Below, in pieces: positions 47,792-60,933 of a stretch of DNA of 64,000 nucleotides. The translations under genes were made by a program, and so were the position numbers. The stretch is from the NCBI GenBank assembly GCA_964188305.1, contig OZ076887.1; one strand, given 5' to 3'. Numbering within the stretch: the first letter of the stretch is position 1; every line of letters starts with the position of its first letter. The notes under the pieces are model-generated. The model was not told where the DNA came from. It ran no database searches and saw only the letters and a program-made list of their open reading frames with translations. The DNA comes from Podarcis bocagei. Lineage: Eukaryota.

Positions 47792-49073
47792 CTGCAAAAG
47801 AAATAGAATTTTATTATATTTTTTTCCAAGTGTTTTCATTGGTAATGAAAGTCAACAGATCCAAACTCTTCCTTACAGTGGTATTTAAAACCACACTTAA
47901 AAAAACACACACCCTAATGCTAAATAATACAAATAGGGCCCCTTACTCCAGCACAAGCAATCTGTTCAGCAGCTAAAGGCAAAGGGATGGTTAACATTTT
48001 CATAAGTGACGGAAGATTCTAATGTTGCTCACTCACCCATATAAGCCTGGTGGCTAGAAAGATAAAGAAACAGTACTATTCATGCAAGCAAAGGCCTCTG
48101 TAAGTCAGAGGTAGGCAGGTGGGGAGGGGATAGGATGACAGGATAACAACCTTCTTTCAGACACTGACTTAAAAGGTGGTCACTGAACAGCTCCTTTCAT
48201 CAGCAGGTACTACTTGAATTGCTATTCAAAGTCTTCTGCTTTGCTCTCGCACTTGCACCTCAGTGTGTGGAGACTGACTGGGGCTCTGATTTTGTACATA
48301 GCAGTTCCTTAACTGGAGAGAACAGTTCCCAGCCATTGCTTGACTTAACAGGTGTAACTGCTGTTGATTGCCCCCAGAAACCAAATGCATTTGTAGTTTG
48401 CGAAATAAAAACTACACACATTCCAGTAACACGGGAAGGAGGTAATTACAGATCAATATGCATTCTTAACTTAGAAATGCATCATGTGACATAGAAAACA
48501 GTGTAGACAATGTAACTTGTGGCTTTCAGGGCATGTAAACTCAGAAAGCCATGAATACGCTTGGCACTTGAACTACATGCAGGTTACATACCATCCCATG
48601 ATGGAATTTTGTGATGTGAAGACGTCCTAGATGACTAATTTTGATTTCTTCTTACATATAGGTAAAAATTATGCTGGTGCAGCGTAGTGGCCAAGTTGCT
48701 TGTTCAAATCTCATTTAATCAAAGTCCCTATTCTCTCAGTTTCAGTTCGGCATTTATGATTTAGGGATAATACTGGCCTACTTTATAGTTCTGTTGCCAG
48801 AATCATCAAAATAATGTGTGTGAACCATTTTGAACACTAGAGTGTGCTATATCTACATAAATTCCTAGAGGATATTTACAAACTTCTCCCCAACTTTCCC
48901 TCATCATGTTTAATTAAATTGAAATTGTATCAAGACGTGATTCAGTGAACTTGCTAACATTATAGGAAGTGATATACTGATTGTACTCACAAGGAAAGAG
49001 CTCAATACATGTTTGTTTCAACAAAGCTGTTAAGTTCATACTAGTGCACAGCAGCACATTGTTGCAGACTTAC

Positions 49074-49190
49074 CTCTATGGTGATGAGTATCACTATCAT
49101 CCACTCTAAACGCAAAGCATGTTTTTCACTCAAATGATTTCTCATCAAATCTGTCAGCTCTGTGCAGTGCTGGAGCTTTTCATTCACCAC
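49074..49190 (-). CDS. RMND1: RMND1 coding exon 10
   Basis: [39 protein letters not shown] (coiled coil + TM start); cag|...|gtaagt; 117 nt. Confidence 0.94.
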
Positions 49191-50094
49191 CTGCAATAGA
49201 GGAACTGATACTTCAGAAATCCTTGGGTAAACAACTTGTTCAAGGTATTCTCACCTAAACAGCTTATCCACTGAATGGGGCTTAATGAACATACTGAAGT
49301 TTGATGAACTATATCAGAACTGATGTTTCTATTAATGAATGCAGCAGAGCACCCAACACCATAAAGTTAGCATTAGGAGTTTTGACATCTCAGTGTTAGC
49401 AGATTTATTGAACTGTCGTTTACAAATATAGACCACAAGGACTACATCAGCCGGAACTTTGTTCATTAATAGTTACTAAAATTGAACAGTTTCTAAAGTT
49501 TTGGGTTTAAGTAATGGAAGATGAAGGCAAAATCCAACTCAATCCAGTGCAAAGCGTCAACTTGTAAAGGATTCCCATAGACTTAACTGAACTATAATTT
49601 CTCCTCCCCTACATGCATGTGTGCATAAGCATGGGATAGCTGCAAACCATGAAGAATGAATTAGAAATGACTGCATTCCTCTCATATCTCCATCAAACAC
49701 TCCTGTCTGTTCAATCAAGTGACAATCAAGCTGGACTGCCCTAACTGCAACATATTTTCAAAATAATGTCCCTTTCAAATGCATTTTAGCAAAAAGAGTG
49801 CAATTTTGGACTCTTATCACCTGGAGGGCAAAAATCATCACTTCCTCAAGACCTTGTTTACATAATACAGCTCCTAGTTCTTACCAATGGAGACCCTTTT
49901 TCAAACCAAGTACCAGCCACATAGGAATCAGAGAAACTCACTAATGTAAGACTTGTACAGGCCTGCCAGAGTTTTCACAGGCAGCTATGGAACCACACCT
50001 ATCAGCAGGAACAGCAGTTAATAGATTGTCAAAAGATTCATTGTGATAAGCAGATTAATATTCTTTAGGAGAGAAAACCTGGCTTCATGGGAAT

Positions 50095-50245
50095 CAGGTT
50101 ACAGACGCCGCTAACCCAGAAATAGTACCTCGGGTTAAGAACTTTGCTTCAGGATGAGAACAGAAATCGTGCAGTGGCGGCGGGAGACCCATTAGCTAAA
50201 GTGGCACCTCAGGTTAAGAACAGTTCTTAACCCGAGGTACCACTA
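50095..50245. mobile_element. Truncated family B MITE (opposite orientation)
   Basis: Reverse-complement similarity to 57441-57655; one end TAACCCGAGGTACCACT is retained. Confidence 0.8.
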
Positions 50246-50929
50246 TAACGCGGGATGAGCTTGCTATATGAGAAAACTATACTGTAATTAACAAAATTAA
50301 ATACAATACCAGCAAGCCAGCTCTGAGTAGGAATGGAAAAAAACTGGACATATTACCCAAGAGAAAGAGAGAATAAGATTTCCAAATAGTTCACCTTGCT
50401 AAGAAAGCAAACAGAATACTAGTTTACTACTGGGATTGGGTTTTTTTTGTTTGTTTAAAATTAATGGCATGAAGCCCCAAACCACGTAATGTTCTGCATG
50501 TGCACTGCCCCATGGAAGCCCTTTGCTCCTAGAAAAGATGCTCCCAAAATTTGGTGGACCCTCTGGAATGGCCTGTAAAGAGGGTAGTATATACCCTGTG
50601 AAGTGGGAAGAATCAACAATCCCCCAGCCAATACTAGGCAGAAGTATCTTCTAACTACACATGGGTCACTTTGAGTCCATGCCCATATTCTTGCTCATCA
50701 ACAATGAAATACTTGTACACATCAAGTGCCTTTATTTACTTAAATTTATGTCCTGTCTTTCCTCCAAGAAGCCCAAGGTGGCACACACGACCAAGATGAC
50801 CAAGAAAACAGAAGAAGAAAATGGAGAAGGATGAAAAGTTTAAGCCTTCTTTGAGGTGAACCAATCTGTGAACAATTGGCAAAAACTGAAGTTTTTGCTG
50901 AGGCAGGAAAGCTGGAATTGTGTGCCTAC

Positions 50930-51050
50930 CTTAACTCTGCGATTAATGCTGAGAAACTGGCAAGTTTTATCATATAACTGTTCAAGATGCTCTCTATCCC
51001 AATAGAAATCTGGAGTCATCAGCAGGTCGGAACTCAGATTTATGCGGTGC
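50930..51050 (-). CDS. RMND1: RMND1 coding exon 9
   Basis: [40 protein letters not shown]; cag|...|gtaggc; 121 nt. Confidence 0.94.
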
Positions 51051-52629
51051 CTGAGGAAAGGTAGGTAAATACATAGATTCAGAGCAATTATGGGTGGTTC
51101 TTCCCTCCTAATCTGAGTTAATAATTATACCTAGGTGGTTCAGATGTAATGCCAAACCATGGTTTGACACAAAATGGATAAGCACTGGAAAACTCTCAGG
51201 CTTACACAATCCATTTTTCTATCACATGCTACAGCTGCTTCACTTGCTTGAAGAAAAATAATAATTTTCCAGTACCAACAAAATGGCAACCTATGGTGTG
51301 CCTCACACCAGGAAAATATGATTTTATCAGAGTGAAAAGGGGGTATTTCAGGCTCCTTTTTGTGCCAAACCATGAAGGCTCTATGAAGGCTATACTGGTC
51401 ACTCAAAACAAAGTGATGATTTTCGTATTCCCTTATGGGCTTCTTTGAGAGGAAGCCTGGACTATAAATTTAAAAAGTAAATATTCATTACTTTAAAAAG
51501 GTACAAATTTAATTAAGAAATTGGGTGGGATTCACCTAATGAATCCTGTCAGTGGAAGTCCTGCAGAAGGGGTTCCACAACAGGGCTCCCCCCCCCCCAC
51601 ATGCCCCCCCATTGGCGCAGGAGAAGCTTCAGAACAGCACATGGAAATTGTTCTGTCTGGCACACTGATACACTTGCGCAGATGGAACTTTTGGAATAGC
51701 AGGACATTGAATTCCACCCATTATTTTTGAACAAACAACTATGTTTGTTACTGAACCGCTTTTTTCCCTTGACTACACTATCCTACCAATAAGATCTGGA
51801 AACAATCCTGCTCTCTGGTTAAGACCTGTTCCTGCAGCAGGACTTCTCATGATTAGTACTTCTCAGTGGTACTTCTAAATTCTTATGATTAAAGGATTTA
51901 GGGCTTATCTCCCATCTCTAAACAAAAAGAGATTCCCTGCTCTCAGCAGCTGATCTAAGCTTTATTTACCATTACCCTTCACAAATCATACAGGTCTATT
52001 ACAGACATTCCTAGAAACAGGATTTGGGGAAAATACAGAACTTGTTAAGGTTATAACAGACACACTTGCTTATGCTCTTATCACATATGAAGGCTTAAGT
52101 GCAGCTGCACTGTACACTGTAGCTCTTAAAAACTGTTACAATAAATCCACAATGTTATTCAATAAGATTTCCATTCAACTGAAGATTCTAGTTTCATGTT
52201 TAATAAACACCAGTTAACAGGGTACGTATTTCCAAGTGTTTAGATAATATGGTGCTAACTGGGGTGTGTAGGAAGAGACATGACTGCATTGTGCTCTTCT
52301 ACTGTATTTAACATTTTTGTTTCTAATCCTTGGTGCCCTAAATCGATCCACCTCTTGCAATTAGTAGGCTTGACTTTGGGTGTGAGCTTAGGATATCTTT
52401 AAAAAGATGATGCTAGATTTCTATAGGAAGTTTTGCTTCTTAAAAGGGAACCAATAACTGTGTTGGTAGTGAAGGCAGGGGATAGAAAACGAAGGTGGCT
52501 GGAAGTGAAGGATCAAAATATATTGTAAACGTCTTCAGGATGCCTTGTGGGAAGCTATTTATAATTGAAATAAATAACAACGAAGTGTCCTGGGAATTAA
52601 GTTAAGTTTCCTTGTTTTAATGAAGATAC

Positions 52630-52706
52630 CTCAACGCAAATAATTCCCCAATTTTCTGCATCACATCAGCATGAGAGAGCTTCACCTTCCTTCTTGACTT
52701 TAGTAT
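52630..52706 (-). CDS. RMND1: RMND1 coding exon 8
   Basis: ILKSRRKVKLSHADVMQKIGELFAL(R); cag|...|gtatct; 77 nt; preceded by a 96-nt intron. Confidence 0.92.
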
Positions 52707-52802
52707 CTGTTAAAAAGAAAGTAGTGAGACGTTAAGAGTGAATATATGTTGCAAATAGCTCAATTTAATAATAGTACGTAAGACCAATGAAGTAGTGAAT
52801 AC

Positions 52803-52867
52803 CTCAGGTATTGACTGGATAGATTCTACAAAATTATCCAATGATGATTCCCAAATTGCCAGCTTCA
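52803..52867 (-). CDS. RMND1: RMND1 coding exon 7
   Basis: (V)KLAIWESSLDNFVESIQSIPE; tag|...|gtattc; 65 nt. Confidence 0.92.
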
Positions 52868-52954
52868 CTACATTAGGGAAAAGTACAAGAGATTTATTAT
52901 TCAAGTTCACTACCCTTTAATGTTATCACAAAACCAAGTCCCTACTTTCAAATA

Positions 52955-53491
52955 CCGTATTTTTCCGTCTTTAAGACACCCCCAAGTATAAGGACACCCC
53001 CCCATTTTTGGGGACTCAATTTTAGGAAAACAAGGGGAGATGGTCCAAAGTTGTTGAGCCTCTCCCCCTACACAGCTGCAGGCAGGAAACACTCCCTGCA
53101 TCATTTCCCACGTGCAGCGGCATCAGGGGAAGTTGCACTCACACCAGCCATCCGGTTGACGGGAGTGCAACCTCCCCCAATGCCGCCGCACGCGGGAAAT
53201 GACCCAGGGAGCACCCACCATGTGCAGCAGCATTGGGGGAAGTTGCACTCCCGCCAATGAGCTGGCTGGCTGCACACAGCTTCTTCCCCCCCCCCCCAGC
53301 AGATGCGGGCAAGAATCACCCCCCAGATCGCTCGCTGCGGCATTGGGGGAAGCCACGCTCCTGCCGACTGGCTGGCTGGTAGCACACTGCTCCCCCCCCC
53401 CCATATGCCACTATCCGTGTATTGGATGACCCCAATTTTTTAACATGATTTTTGAGTCAAAAAACCTCGTCCAATATATGGAAAAATATGG
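52955..53491. mobile_element. Non-autonomous Tc1/mariner-superfamily (Tc2-like) element in an RMND1 intron
   Basis: TA|CCGTATTTTTCC...GGAAAAATATGG|TA; GC-rich interior with three copies of GCAGCRGCATYRGGGGAAG-like repeats. Confidence 0.75.
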
Positions 53492-54078
53492 TATATGATG
53501 TCTTCGCAAGGAACCTAAAAAATGAAAGCTTGAGGGCCAAAACAGATGTCAGGTGGGAGACTTGCAATCAGACTTCCCAGTTGTTAGGAATTAAAAACAA
53601 ACTTTAAAACAGCAATGGAGTAGGGATGTCCAGGTTTTATTCTAGAAGTGACAGCAGGTAATAGGTGCTAAACTCCCAATCTAAATCCTCCCCACCACAA
53701 ATTATTAGCCTTAGGCTACTTCCTGCAAAGCTGAATTGCTTTAAGTGGCACTGAACTCTAGAAGTAACTCAAGAAATTGTTTATCATTTGAATTTGATAT
53801 CAAGAAGGAATTGTCCAAAACAGACATAGCAACACACATTTTAAGGATACTTTATCAGTGTACCTCTGTAATGATCTCTGAAGTTCACTTCAAGTTCTTT
53901 GCATCATGCCGAAGTAATACTACTATACATAACTTATCTCTGGTGCACATTCCCAAGCTATCCTCATACACACATTTTAGGTAACACTTTGGGGGAAAGT
54001 TTTTCGCAGCACATGCTACACATCCCAAATTCTGATGCAAAATGCTGCTTAAAAAGCCTGATGCAATATATCACTTAC

Positions 54079-54185
54079 CAGAAAGGCAAAGAGCATTTGA
54101 AAAAGCAAACTTCTCTAGAGTAATTTCATCAGGATCTAGTTCCGAATTTATCAGGATTTCTCCTCTATGAAGCTTTGACTGTGCT
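54079..54185 (-). CDS. RMND1: RMND1 coding exon 6
   Basis: [35 protein letters not shown]; cag|...|gtaagt; 107 nt. Confidence 0.92.
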
Positions 54186-54991
54186 CTGTAAAGAGCAAGA
54201 GGAATACTTTAATTGACCACATGCACCAAAACAGAATATGCCTAGTATGAATCCATGACACATAGGAACTAGCTATACTATACTTTAAAAACAAAAACAA
54301 ATCAGAGCACCTAAGAACATGCTTAGTTCCCGTCACAGATAATGGAAGAAAACTTCAGACTTGTTGAGCTTCTTTTTCAACTCTATTTGTCAAGCAAGAA
54401 AAGCTCTTCGCCTGAACAGGGAGTTTCAAAAGCTGCTTAGCAAGTTATTTGGGATTTTTTTTTTAAAAGGGCCAAGTATATATGCTGGCTGACTGAGGCG
54501 GCAGAACTCTCAGTGGCCCATTGCAATTCCTTTCTGAGGTTAGTTGCATCCACCATTACTTTCTCTTAAGTTAGTGCAGGTGATTCTTAAGGTTAATTTA
54601 TCTTGGAATGAGTGTCAGTTGGTGCAGACTGAAGATACTGGTTGGATGTGTGCCATCGCTTGCTGATCCATGTCCCTTGTGGCTTATAAAGGGACCAATG
54701 AAGTTATTAATACAGTACCTCATTATGAGAGGCAGTGGTCCCCAGTTCCCTAAAGGTTTTTTTTTATTATTTAAATAAGTATATTTTTGTGCTCCCTGTC
54801 TCAAAGATGGCAATGGCAATACTTTCTTACTTTGCAAAGGAATTGCAAATGCAGCTTTATTACAAAGATTATGGGAGGTCTAAACAAGCTGGCAGAGTAG
54901 CGTAAATATTTAGCAATGTTTTCAGGAAACAAATACATGCAAGAAGCTACATTGAACAGAAACTAGCACTTGATGGCATACAAACACTTAC

Positions 54992-55092
54992 TCTCCTAAT
55001 CTGTAGTTCATCTCTTCATTTTCCCAGTGAACAAGCGCAACTTCATATGGCTGAATTTCATGCCTTTCCAGCATTTGCATGATACTCTTAAT
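54992..55092 (-). CDS. RMND1: RMND1 coding exon 5
   Basis: [33 protein letters not shown]; tag|...|gtaagt; 101 nt. Confidence 0.92.
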
Positions 55093-55969
55093 CTAGAAAA
55101 GATCCTGCATATTAGAATTGCTGACAAATGCTAGGAGGTCATCATATAAACCTGCAGGCTAACAGTCATGGTGCCTTCAGCCAGTTTTGAAATACCATGG
55201 AGAGGGAGGGTGGAACTGCACATCACAAGGAAAACAACTCCAGCTTTTCCTTACAATGCAAATACAAGGGCAGAGAGAGGCATACTTACAAAGGGAGAAT
55301 TGACCTAGGAGAGGAGATGCTTCACACTTCCCATCTCTCAATCCCTCCCCCAGAAAATGGTCTCAGGCAGTTTTTGTTTTTTTCTTAATCTGGGCTCTGA
55401 AACTGGAAGCAAGCCCATTAGAGGAATAAACCTTAAAAAGAGGAGGGTGTGCGAAGGAAGGCTAAAATGGTATGTGTGAGAGAGGTTAAGCATCCCTGCC
55501 TCCTACTTCTTTCCCCCCTACAAGCAACCTCTGACACCACACTTCTGTAACTTTGCTAGGCGCAGATGTGGGACTCTGTGCTTGCAAAGGCAAAATGTAA
55601 CTCTCAGAGTCTGGCTCTACTTTGCACATGGCCACGACCCATAATATCTTCTGTCTCATCTCATCGATTTCCTACAATTTTCTACACTGACAACATTGTC
55701 TTTATTCTCAAATAATAACTTGCAGAAATACATCATTGTGAATAACTTAGTTTTTTTAAAAAATTAAAAGCATCAAAAGACATGGGACAAAAACTCCCAC
55801 TGCCCTTCATATACAATTTTTAAAAAAACTGAAAAATTAGACTGTAAAATGTAAAAAGATACATTAATAGCATTTGCTAAATCTACACTTAAATCTAGCC
55901 AAACCATTTTATTTTGTGGAACTGCAAAGACCAATGGAGTTTACCTCATAAAATTTGGCTTCCACTTAC

Positions 55970-56009
55970 TGTTTTTTCTTCAACATTCCAGAACACAACA
56001 GATCCTTCC
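55970..56009 (-). CDS. RMND1: RMND1 coding exon 4
   Basis: EGSVVFWNVEEKT (DUF155 start motif); cag|...|gtaagt; 40 nt. Confidence 0.92.
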
Positions 56010-56900
56010 CTGTATGAACAGAATTTCAAGGTGGTGTTAGCACAGATTATGTTTCATGCTTACATGTGTATTTCTTGGCAAGAATAAATACTCTATTCTA
56101 GATAATGATGGAGAAGAATTTAGTTTGTTCCACTTTAAGTGAACTGACATAATTCACACCCAAATTAATACACAATCAAAACAAAATTATACTTTTAAGA
56201 TTTTAGTGGCAATACGTGGCTCAGAAACATACAGATGCATACACTGAGGGGAAAATACATATTTAAATAATATTTTGTGATTAAAAATTAAGTACATAAA
56301 TACAATTTTTAATGGACTTTTAAAAAACCCAGAATAAGGCAGAAGCAGCATGGAATCAATTTATGACTGTACTGATGTGAAACTGACGCAGACTGAATAT
56401 AGACTGTTAAACCTACAGTCCTCAACTCATCCAAAATTTTAAATCTTAGTTATCTGGCTTCATGTGATCAATTAACCAATTACGATGGTGATGGTGTGTT
56501 TATGAGGGTTCAGAAAATATTAAATAGCTTTAAAAAAACTTTTAAATGGTTGCAATTATTTATTCTCAAAAAAATATAGAGTGCAGAGGCTGGCCATCAC
56601 ATAGTACAATTCTATACATATCTAGAAAGGCATGAAATTGCAGTTGTCAGTCCTTGCCCCTGTACTCATTGGGAATTACTCTGGAGTTTGTGTATAGCTG
56701 ATGGCCTTAGGAAAGCGCTGCCACCCCAGCCTCCTTCATTACAGCAAAGAGGGAGGGGAAAAGATCTGTAGTTGCTTGGGGTTAAGGCCTTTTGAAGCCC
56801 AAGTCCCAGAGTTGCTATCAAGCTAAGCAATAAAACCTATCATTTTGTGTTACAATAATTTTTTTAGTTCACATGCACTTTATTGCTGGGCATTGTTTAC

Positions 56901-56976
56901 CTGAAGAAAAAAATTATTCCAGGATCACATTCTTTCGCTGAGCTTTCTGTACCAATCACCAAAACGTTTGCTGCAT
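56901..56976 (-). CDS. RMND1: RMND1 coding exon 3
   Basis: (D)[24 protein letters not shown](R); ag/gt boundaries; 76 nt; phase consistent. Confidence 0.92.
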
Positions 56977-57158
56977 CTTGTTTAAAAGAAAGCAGATTTA
57001 GAATCATATTCTGAGACACAGAAACAGCGTTTAAAACCCTGTAAAACATTTACCCTACAACCCCAGATATAATTATCTGGGCTAAACCCCACTGAGAACT
57101 GTGGTGATTACACCTAAGTAAAACTACTGGGTTGCATTGCATGTGTCCATTTAATATA

Positions 57159-57343
57159 CAGTCATACCTCAGGTTGAAGTAGCTTCGGGAGAAGTATTTT
57201 CGGGTTGCGTGCTGTGGTCAAAATGATGTCACGTGCATGCGCAGAAGCAGCAAATTGCGACCCGCACACACACGGGTTGCGTTTGCTTCTGGATGCGAAC
57301 GGGGCTCTGGAACGGATCCCATTCACATCCAGAGGTACCACTG
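57159..57343. mobile_element. Tigger/pogo-like MITE, related family
   Basis: TA|CAGTCATACCTC...GAGGTACCACTG|TA. Confidence 0.75.
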
Positions 57344-57440
57344 TAGTCCTATTTCAGAACCTCTGAAATGTTAAAGGTACCACCTGCTGATGTGGGGAGA
57401 GAGAGATTTGGCCTGCTTGAGTCCATAACAGTTCCTAGTA

Positions 57441-57655
57441 CAGTGGTACCTCGGGTTAAGAACTTAATTCGTTCTGGAGGTCTGTTCTTAACCTGAAACT
57501 GTTCTTAACCTGAAGCACCACTTTAGCTAATGGGGCCTCCCGCTGTCGCTGCGCAATTTCTGTTCTCATCCTGAAGCAAAGTTCTTAAGCCGAGGTACTA
57601 TTTCTGGGTTAGCGGAGTCTGTAACCTGAAGCGTCTGTAACCCGAGGTACCACTG
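57441..57655. mobile_element. Tigger/pogo-like MITE, family B
   Basis: TA|CAGTGGTACCTCGGGTTA...TAACCCGAGGTACCACTG|TA; perfect 18-bp TIR with TA TSD. Confidence 0.9.
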
Positions 57656-58425
57656 TATACTGAAAACAGAATTAGGGGTTTGAAGTACTCATACAGCTCC
57701 ACACCTAAGCCTCAAGCCCTTTAGCACTATATAGCACAGCAGAGGAAGCTCTAGGATGGCTGGTGATGTGAATAGGAGTACTTCTATTGCATGCAGAATA
57801 CACATGGCAACTTTTTCTTTTCACTTGTACATGTGTACAAGTGCTATTTTCAGATTAAAGATCTACAGGCATTGATGAAAAGAAATGCTGTCAACATCTG
57901 CAAATAAAAGTATGTTCAACAGTGGTATTGTTTTACCCTCTGATCTAGAGTGACAATTTATGTTCAGTTTAAGAACCAATAAGCCGTTATACGAGGCCCT
58001 TCCTCAGTTTACTCATGTAATAAATAATATCTCCGAATTACTTTACAATGCTTGCCTACCAAATTGCTCTTATGAATTTAAACAATATCAGAAAATATAC
58101 AAGAAAGTGGAGAGGATTACCACAAAGAACAGGTCATAGGAAAATGTTTTGCCAATGTGCTTCTAAGTATTTAAAGTGTTTGTCTCATTTCAAAGCATTA
58201 GAAAGATTAAATAGGCATGCTTTTGGTGAAGTAGCAGCTAAGCCACATTACAGCATGCAATGGAGCATGTTTCAAGATGCATTTCTGTTCAGAAAGTTTT
58301 GAAAGAGAATTTTACAAGGTGATAATCATTATTCCACAGTTGATATAAACACTGCAATTTTATTACTAAGAGGAACTGTGTTCCATGCATTCAACAGAAG
58401 AGGGGCAAACTGTTCAGAGGTCTAC

Positions 58426-58534
58426 CTCTAGGTAATGTTGTTATTTCAACATAGCCATATGACGTCAGATCATGGCATAGGGTACCAAGATTATATTCTT
58501 CTGCTGTTGCAAAGGCTGTGCACTGCATCAGATC
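58426..58534 (-). CDS. RMND1: RMND1 coding exon 2
   Basis: [36 protein letters not shown]; ag/gt boundaries; 109 nt. Confidence 0.92.
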
Positions 58535-59453
58535 CTGTGCCAAAGGAACAAAGTTTAATTTAAGAAAACAATCGAGTGATATATTTAGAGGACATTTATT
58601 TGGCTTATTCACCAGCACTGTGATACACTCGACTGTTCTATGACCCCTGGTATCAAAATGCAAATGTCACACAAATACTAGGAGAGCTATCCTAGGATTT
58701 TTGCTAATAGGTAAAATCACTGTGCTTCACAAATCCTATAATTAAGTTTCAAACTGCAAGCCTTTCATGAATACCATGGTATAAGATTCCATGTGTAAGA
58801 TCTTGCAATAGGCTTATTTATTCATTTTGCCTGTTGAACAAGACCCTTTGGAAGCATCCTGGAGTTTGCAGGGTGTAGAGAGATGCAAAAGACTCAAATG
58901 CAATATGGCTATGATCCTATACAAACTTAGTTGGGTTGCAAGCCCAACAGATTTTGTAGGATTCAATTCCAAATAAATAAAACCAGGCTACAAGTGAAGT
59001 ACTTGAGTAAATTACTGCCCAAATGTTTTATCCCCTTCTTTCTCTCCCCTTAAAAAGGCAGCATTATAAAGATTACTCTCATTTTCTGTAACTGGAATAA
59101 AGTATTTTTTTGTTAACTTCAGCACTTCATATAATCTAAAAAAATGTGTTACTGACAAGTATTTTGTTATCTGGTGTGTGTCAAGATTAACACTTGCCCT
59201 CGCAAAAAATCCAACATTAACATCCAGCAGGTGGTGCTCTGCATCAAAGAAAGAGACAATTTAGTAACTCCAAATGTTTTTATGTACTATAGTCTGAGTC
59301 AGTGCAATCTCTGGCACAAGGTTTTTCCATGTGGCAGCTTTCACTGAAGTAACCTACCCTTTCACCATGTCTGACACTTTGCCCTGTATTTTTGAGATGG
59401 AAAAAACCACAGCAACAGAAAAAGGTGTCTGCAAAACATTTATTTGTGTGTAC

Positions 59454-59791
59454 GGGACGCGGGTGGCGCTGTGGGCTAAAGCCTCAGCGCCTAGGGCTTG
59501 CCGATCGAAAGGTCGGCGGTTCGAATCCCCGCGGCGGGGTGCGCTCCCGCTGCTCGGTCCCAGCGCCTGCCAACCTAGCAGTTCGAAAGGTACCGCTTAC
59601 CAGCGGGAAGGTAAACGGCGTTCCGTGTGCTGCGCTGGCTCGCCAGATGCAGCTTTGTCACGCTGGCCACGTGACCCGGAAGTGTCTCCGGACAGCGCTG
59701 GCCCCCGGCCAATAGATGTGAGATGGGCGCACAAACCCCAGAGTCTGTCAAGACTGGCCCGTTCGGGCAGGGGTACCTTTACCTTTACCTT
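59454..59791 (+). mobile_element. Sauria SINE (tRNA-derived), young CpG-rich copy
   Basis: 5' GGGACGCGGGTGGCGCTGTGG (A box), GGTTCGAATCC (B box) and (ACCTTT)n tail. Confidence 0.88.
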
Positions 59792-59913
59792 ACGGTAATT
59801 ACAACCCCCCAAACGTTTTGGGTGTTTAAAACATCAGTGTTTTCAGAAACCAACCTGCATTTCAGTGACATGGAAACTTAAGAGCATACTCCACACAGCA
59901 CAATATGTGCGTG

Positions 59914-59916
<3 letters not shown>

Positions 59917-59944
<28 letters not shown>

Positions 59945-59952
59945 GTACACAC
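59917..59952. repeat. (CA)n microsatellite
   Basis: Direct reading. Confidence 0.95.
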
Positions 59953-60096
59953 AAACGCTTGTCGCAATGTAACTTGACCAGGAGCAGCACTTGGGAGATT
60001 GCATCACGAGTTACACAGAAATTTCACCGTATATAACAATTATGAAAAAAACGATGCTCTTTGGTGGAGGGAGCAAAAAAAGAACCTACCTAAGGC

Positions 60097-60252
60097 CAGT
60101 GCTTTTTTTCCTGGGGGTACGCATACCCCTACGCATTTTGTAAATCTTTGTACTTTTGTCCATTTACTGTATTTATTTTGAACTATAAAATGGTGATTTT
60201 CTTGAGTCAAAATGAGAGTAGCCCTAAACATTTATTATGAAAAAAAGTACTG
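60097..60252. mobile_element. hAT-type MITE
   Basis: TIR CAGTGCTTTTTTTC/GAAAAAAAGTACTG; 8-bp TSD CCTAAGGC/CCTAGGGC (1 mismatch); related fragment at 42467-42552. Confidence 0.8.
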
Positions 60253-60670
60253 CCTAGGGCCAAAGAAAAAGTTGGCAAGCTCTGGGGGAAACATTTTTAT
60301 AAAAAGATGCTTGATTTGGAAAGAATGGTGGTTTTCTTTTATTTCTGGATGGGGTGTCTGTATTTTTCAGTTCCTGTAATGAGGATACTTGCAAGGGAGG
60401 TGGGGGCAGGTAGTGTAGCTTCTAAATCGGAAAGTACAGTGACTCCAGCCTGGGAGGAAGCCTTCTGTCTGATGAAAGCCCTTCTCTTTCTTTGAGGCAG
60501 GAGAGGTTTGGTGGGAAGATAAAAGCATTCTTGCCTGTGCTCAGAGTCACTTTTTGCACATTTCAGCTGACTAGTAAAAAATATTGTCAGGTATCAATTC
60601 CAGCTACAATTCGCATGCCTACTTCACAATGTGGTTCACTGCAGATGTTTAAAAAAGGAATGGTTTAGAC

Positions 60671-60933
60671 CAGGGGTCAGTAAGGTTTATCTTGCCTGGC
60701 CTGTTCGGTCGCACGGTGATCCCTCCATGAGCCGGATCGCGTGCGTGCGATTTTTGGCCTCTGCGTCTGCACAGACGCGATTTTCGGCGCTGCAGAAGCA
60801 AGTCCCCGTGCCATGCTGCACCAGTTTAGCGCAGTGCGTGAGCAGGCAGCTCGGTTTGGGGGAAGCTCGTGGGCCAGTCAAATGACCTCTGCGGGCTGCT
60901 TCCGGCCTATGGGCCTTAGGTTGCTGACCCCTG
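60671..60933. mobile_element. hAT (Charlie-like) MITE
   Basis: TIR CAGGGGTCAGYAA; perfect 8-bp TSD GTTTAGAC; CpG-rich, so probably young. Confidence 0.92.

Noticed and set aside
53051-53429. Spaced ~27-bp direct repeats resembling a CRISPR array, and overlapping ORFs
   Set aside because: Three degenerate repeats with ~120-bp spacing inside a TIR/TA-flanked DNA transposon in a vertebrate intron; no cas genes.
59331-59812. 155-aa and neighbouring ORFs; tRNA-like A/B boxes
   Set aside because: Fall within a Sauria SINE; the boxes are the SINE head, not a tRNA gene.
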